34,911 bases of DNA from Octopus sinensis (lineage: Eukaryota): positions 1 to 34,911 of the forward strand of contig NW_021832875.1 of NCBI RefSeq assembly GCF_006345805.1. The letters are read 5' to 3'. Below are positions 33,462 to 34,911 of this stretch, piece after piece. The notes below the pieces were generated by a model, which did not search any database, was not told where the DNA came from, and saw nothing but the letters and a program-made list of their open reading frames with translations. Both the position numbers and the translations under genes were made by a program. Within the stretch, counting starts at the first letter, position 1. The number at the start of each line of letters is the position of its first letter.

Positions 33462-33849
33462 TTACTTTTTTTACTTTTTACTTGTTTCAGTCATGTGACT
33501 GTGGCCATGCTGGAGCACCACCTTTAGTCGAGAAAATCGACTAGTACTTATTCTATCGGTCTCTTTTCCCGAACAGCTAAGTTACGGGACATAAACACAC
33601 CAGCATCGGTTGTCAAGCGATGTTGGGGGGACAAACGCAGACACACAAACATATACACACACATACACATATATACATATATATATACGACGGGCTTCTT
33701 TCAGTTTCCATCTACCAAATCCACTCACAAGGCTTTGGTCAGCCCGAGGCTATAGTAGAAGACACTTACCGAAGGTGCCACGCAGTGGGACTGAACCCAG
33801 AATCATGTGGTTTGTAGACAAGCTACTTACCACACAACCACTCCTACGC
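33462..33849 (-). mobile_element. SINE A nested in the mariner 3' subterminal region
   Basis: Head to tail present with an internal deletion. Mariner sequence continues on both sides. Confidence 0.9.
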
Positions 33850-33871
33850 TTATTTCAACAATGCAGAAATT

Positions 33872-34222
33872 TTATTCATCAAAGTAAGTACCATTACAAT
33901 CAACACATTTTTGCCAGAGAGTAACAAGTTTGTTTATTACAGTAACATAAAAACCTGGAGTTCTGGAGCTGATGAACTCTTTAAATACTCTTTCAGCATC
34001 CGTTTGATTTTTGAACTCATGCTCTTTCAGGAAACCATCAAGGTGCTTGAAAAAGTGGTAGTCGGTAGGAGAAAGGTCTGGGGAATAAGCTGGGTGGGAA
34101 AGAACTTTGTAGCCAAGTTCCCTTAACTTCTGGAGCATCATTAGTGAAACATGTGGTCGAGCATTGTCATGAAAAATGATTGACCCTTTTCTGTTGACCC
34201 GTTTAGGATAGATGAGTAGCAT
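33872..34222 (-). pseudogene. Mariner transposase catalytic C-terminal fragment (DD34D)
   Basis: Exactly 34 residues between the D of HDNA and the D of PTDY. Upstream frame is disrupted. Confidence 0.85.
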
Positions 34223-34446
34223 TTTTGTTCATTTTGGCAATTTCATGGCAATGTTTCTGCAGTAATGGTTTTACAGGATTTTAAGAAGTTATTGTGGATG
34301 AGTCCAGCAGTACACCACCTAACAGTCACCATAGCCTGCTTTTTGAAGAGCTCAGGTTTAGTGAAGGCTTTCGGTGCTTCATTTTGGTTCAACCACTGTG
34401 AAGAACATTTTTTTATTATTGTACAGAATCCATATATATTTATATT

Positions 34447-34831
34447 CTCTTTTTTTTACTCTTTTTACTTGTTTCAGTCATTTGACTGCGGCCATACTGG
34501 AGCACTGCCTTTAGTCGAGCAAATCGACCCTGGGACTTATTCTTTGTAAGCCCAGTACTTATTCTATCGGTCTTTTTGCCGAACCACTAAGTAACAGGGA
34601 CGTAAACACACCAACATCGATTGTCAAGCAATGCTACGGGGACAAACACAGACACGCACACATACATATATATATATATATATGCATATATACGACAGGC
34701 TTCTTTCAGTTTCCGTCTCCCAAATCCACTCACAAGGCTTTGGTCGGCCTGAGGCTATAGCAGAAGACACTTGCCCAAGATGCCATGCAGTGGGACTGAA
34801 CCCGGAACCATGTGGTTGGTTAGCAAGCTAC
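34447..34831 (-). mobile_element. SINE A, nearly full length, at the 5' break of the mariner
   Basis: Reverse complement of the core and tail; lacks the first ~20 nt. Confidence 0.9.
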
Positions 34832-34911
34832 ATATATATATATCAGAAAATGCAATGAGAAAGGGATGAATGATAATCTTATAAACTTCATTAGCTTACA
34901 GCTGTTTCTGT

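Larger units (their letters stand above)
33407..34432 (-). mobile_element. Hsmar1-like mariner, 3' portion with right TIR, interrupted by SINE A
   Basis: WILYNN...QWLNQNEAPKAFTKPELFKKQAMVTVRWCTAGLIH, frameshifts, then NRKGSIIFHDNARPHV...YSPDLSPTDYHFFKHLD...WQKCVDCNGTYFDE*. Degenerate TIR at ~33407-33436. Confidence 0.9.

Overview
This is repeat-saturated eukaryotic genomic DNA, intronic or intergenic. The SINE families and the extreme density of di-, tri- and tetranucleotide microsatellites suggest an octopus (cephalopod) genome; that is my inference from recognising the repeats, not a database result. I find no supportable host protein-coding exon, and almost every listed ORF is translated microsatellite or SINE sequence. 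Real coding remnants are two decayed Hsmar1-like (cecropia-type, DD34D) mariner transposase fragments (20680-21207 +, 33407-34432 -) and the C-terminus of an RTE-type LINE ORF with its 3' UTR (5195-6093 +). About 30 full or partial copies of at least four tRNA-headed SINE families and RTE 3' ends fill much of the rest. The most notable signal is a dispersed set of type I hammerhead ribozyme (HHR)-like motifs in short Penelope-like terminal repeats, mostly next to (TA)n tracts. One copy has a fully canonical core (17599-17693, -). The others are a sister copy with one core mutation, two minimal variant-core copies, two head-to-head inverted pairs (one forming a ~350-bp palindrome) and further degenerate copies. 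Also seen: a covarying 14-nt stem-loop shared by several retroposon tails and an isolated C(UUCG)G-capped 46-nt hairpin. Most boundaries are approximate to a few bases.
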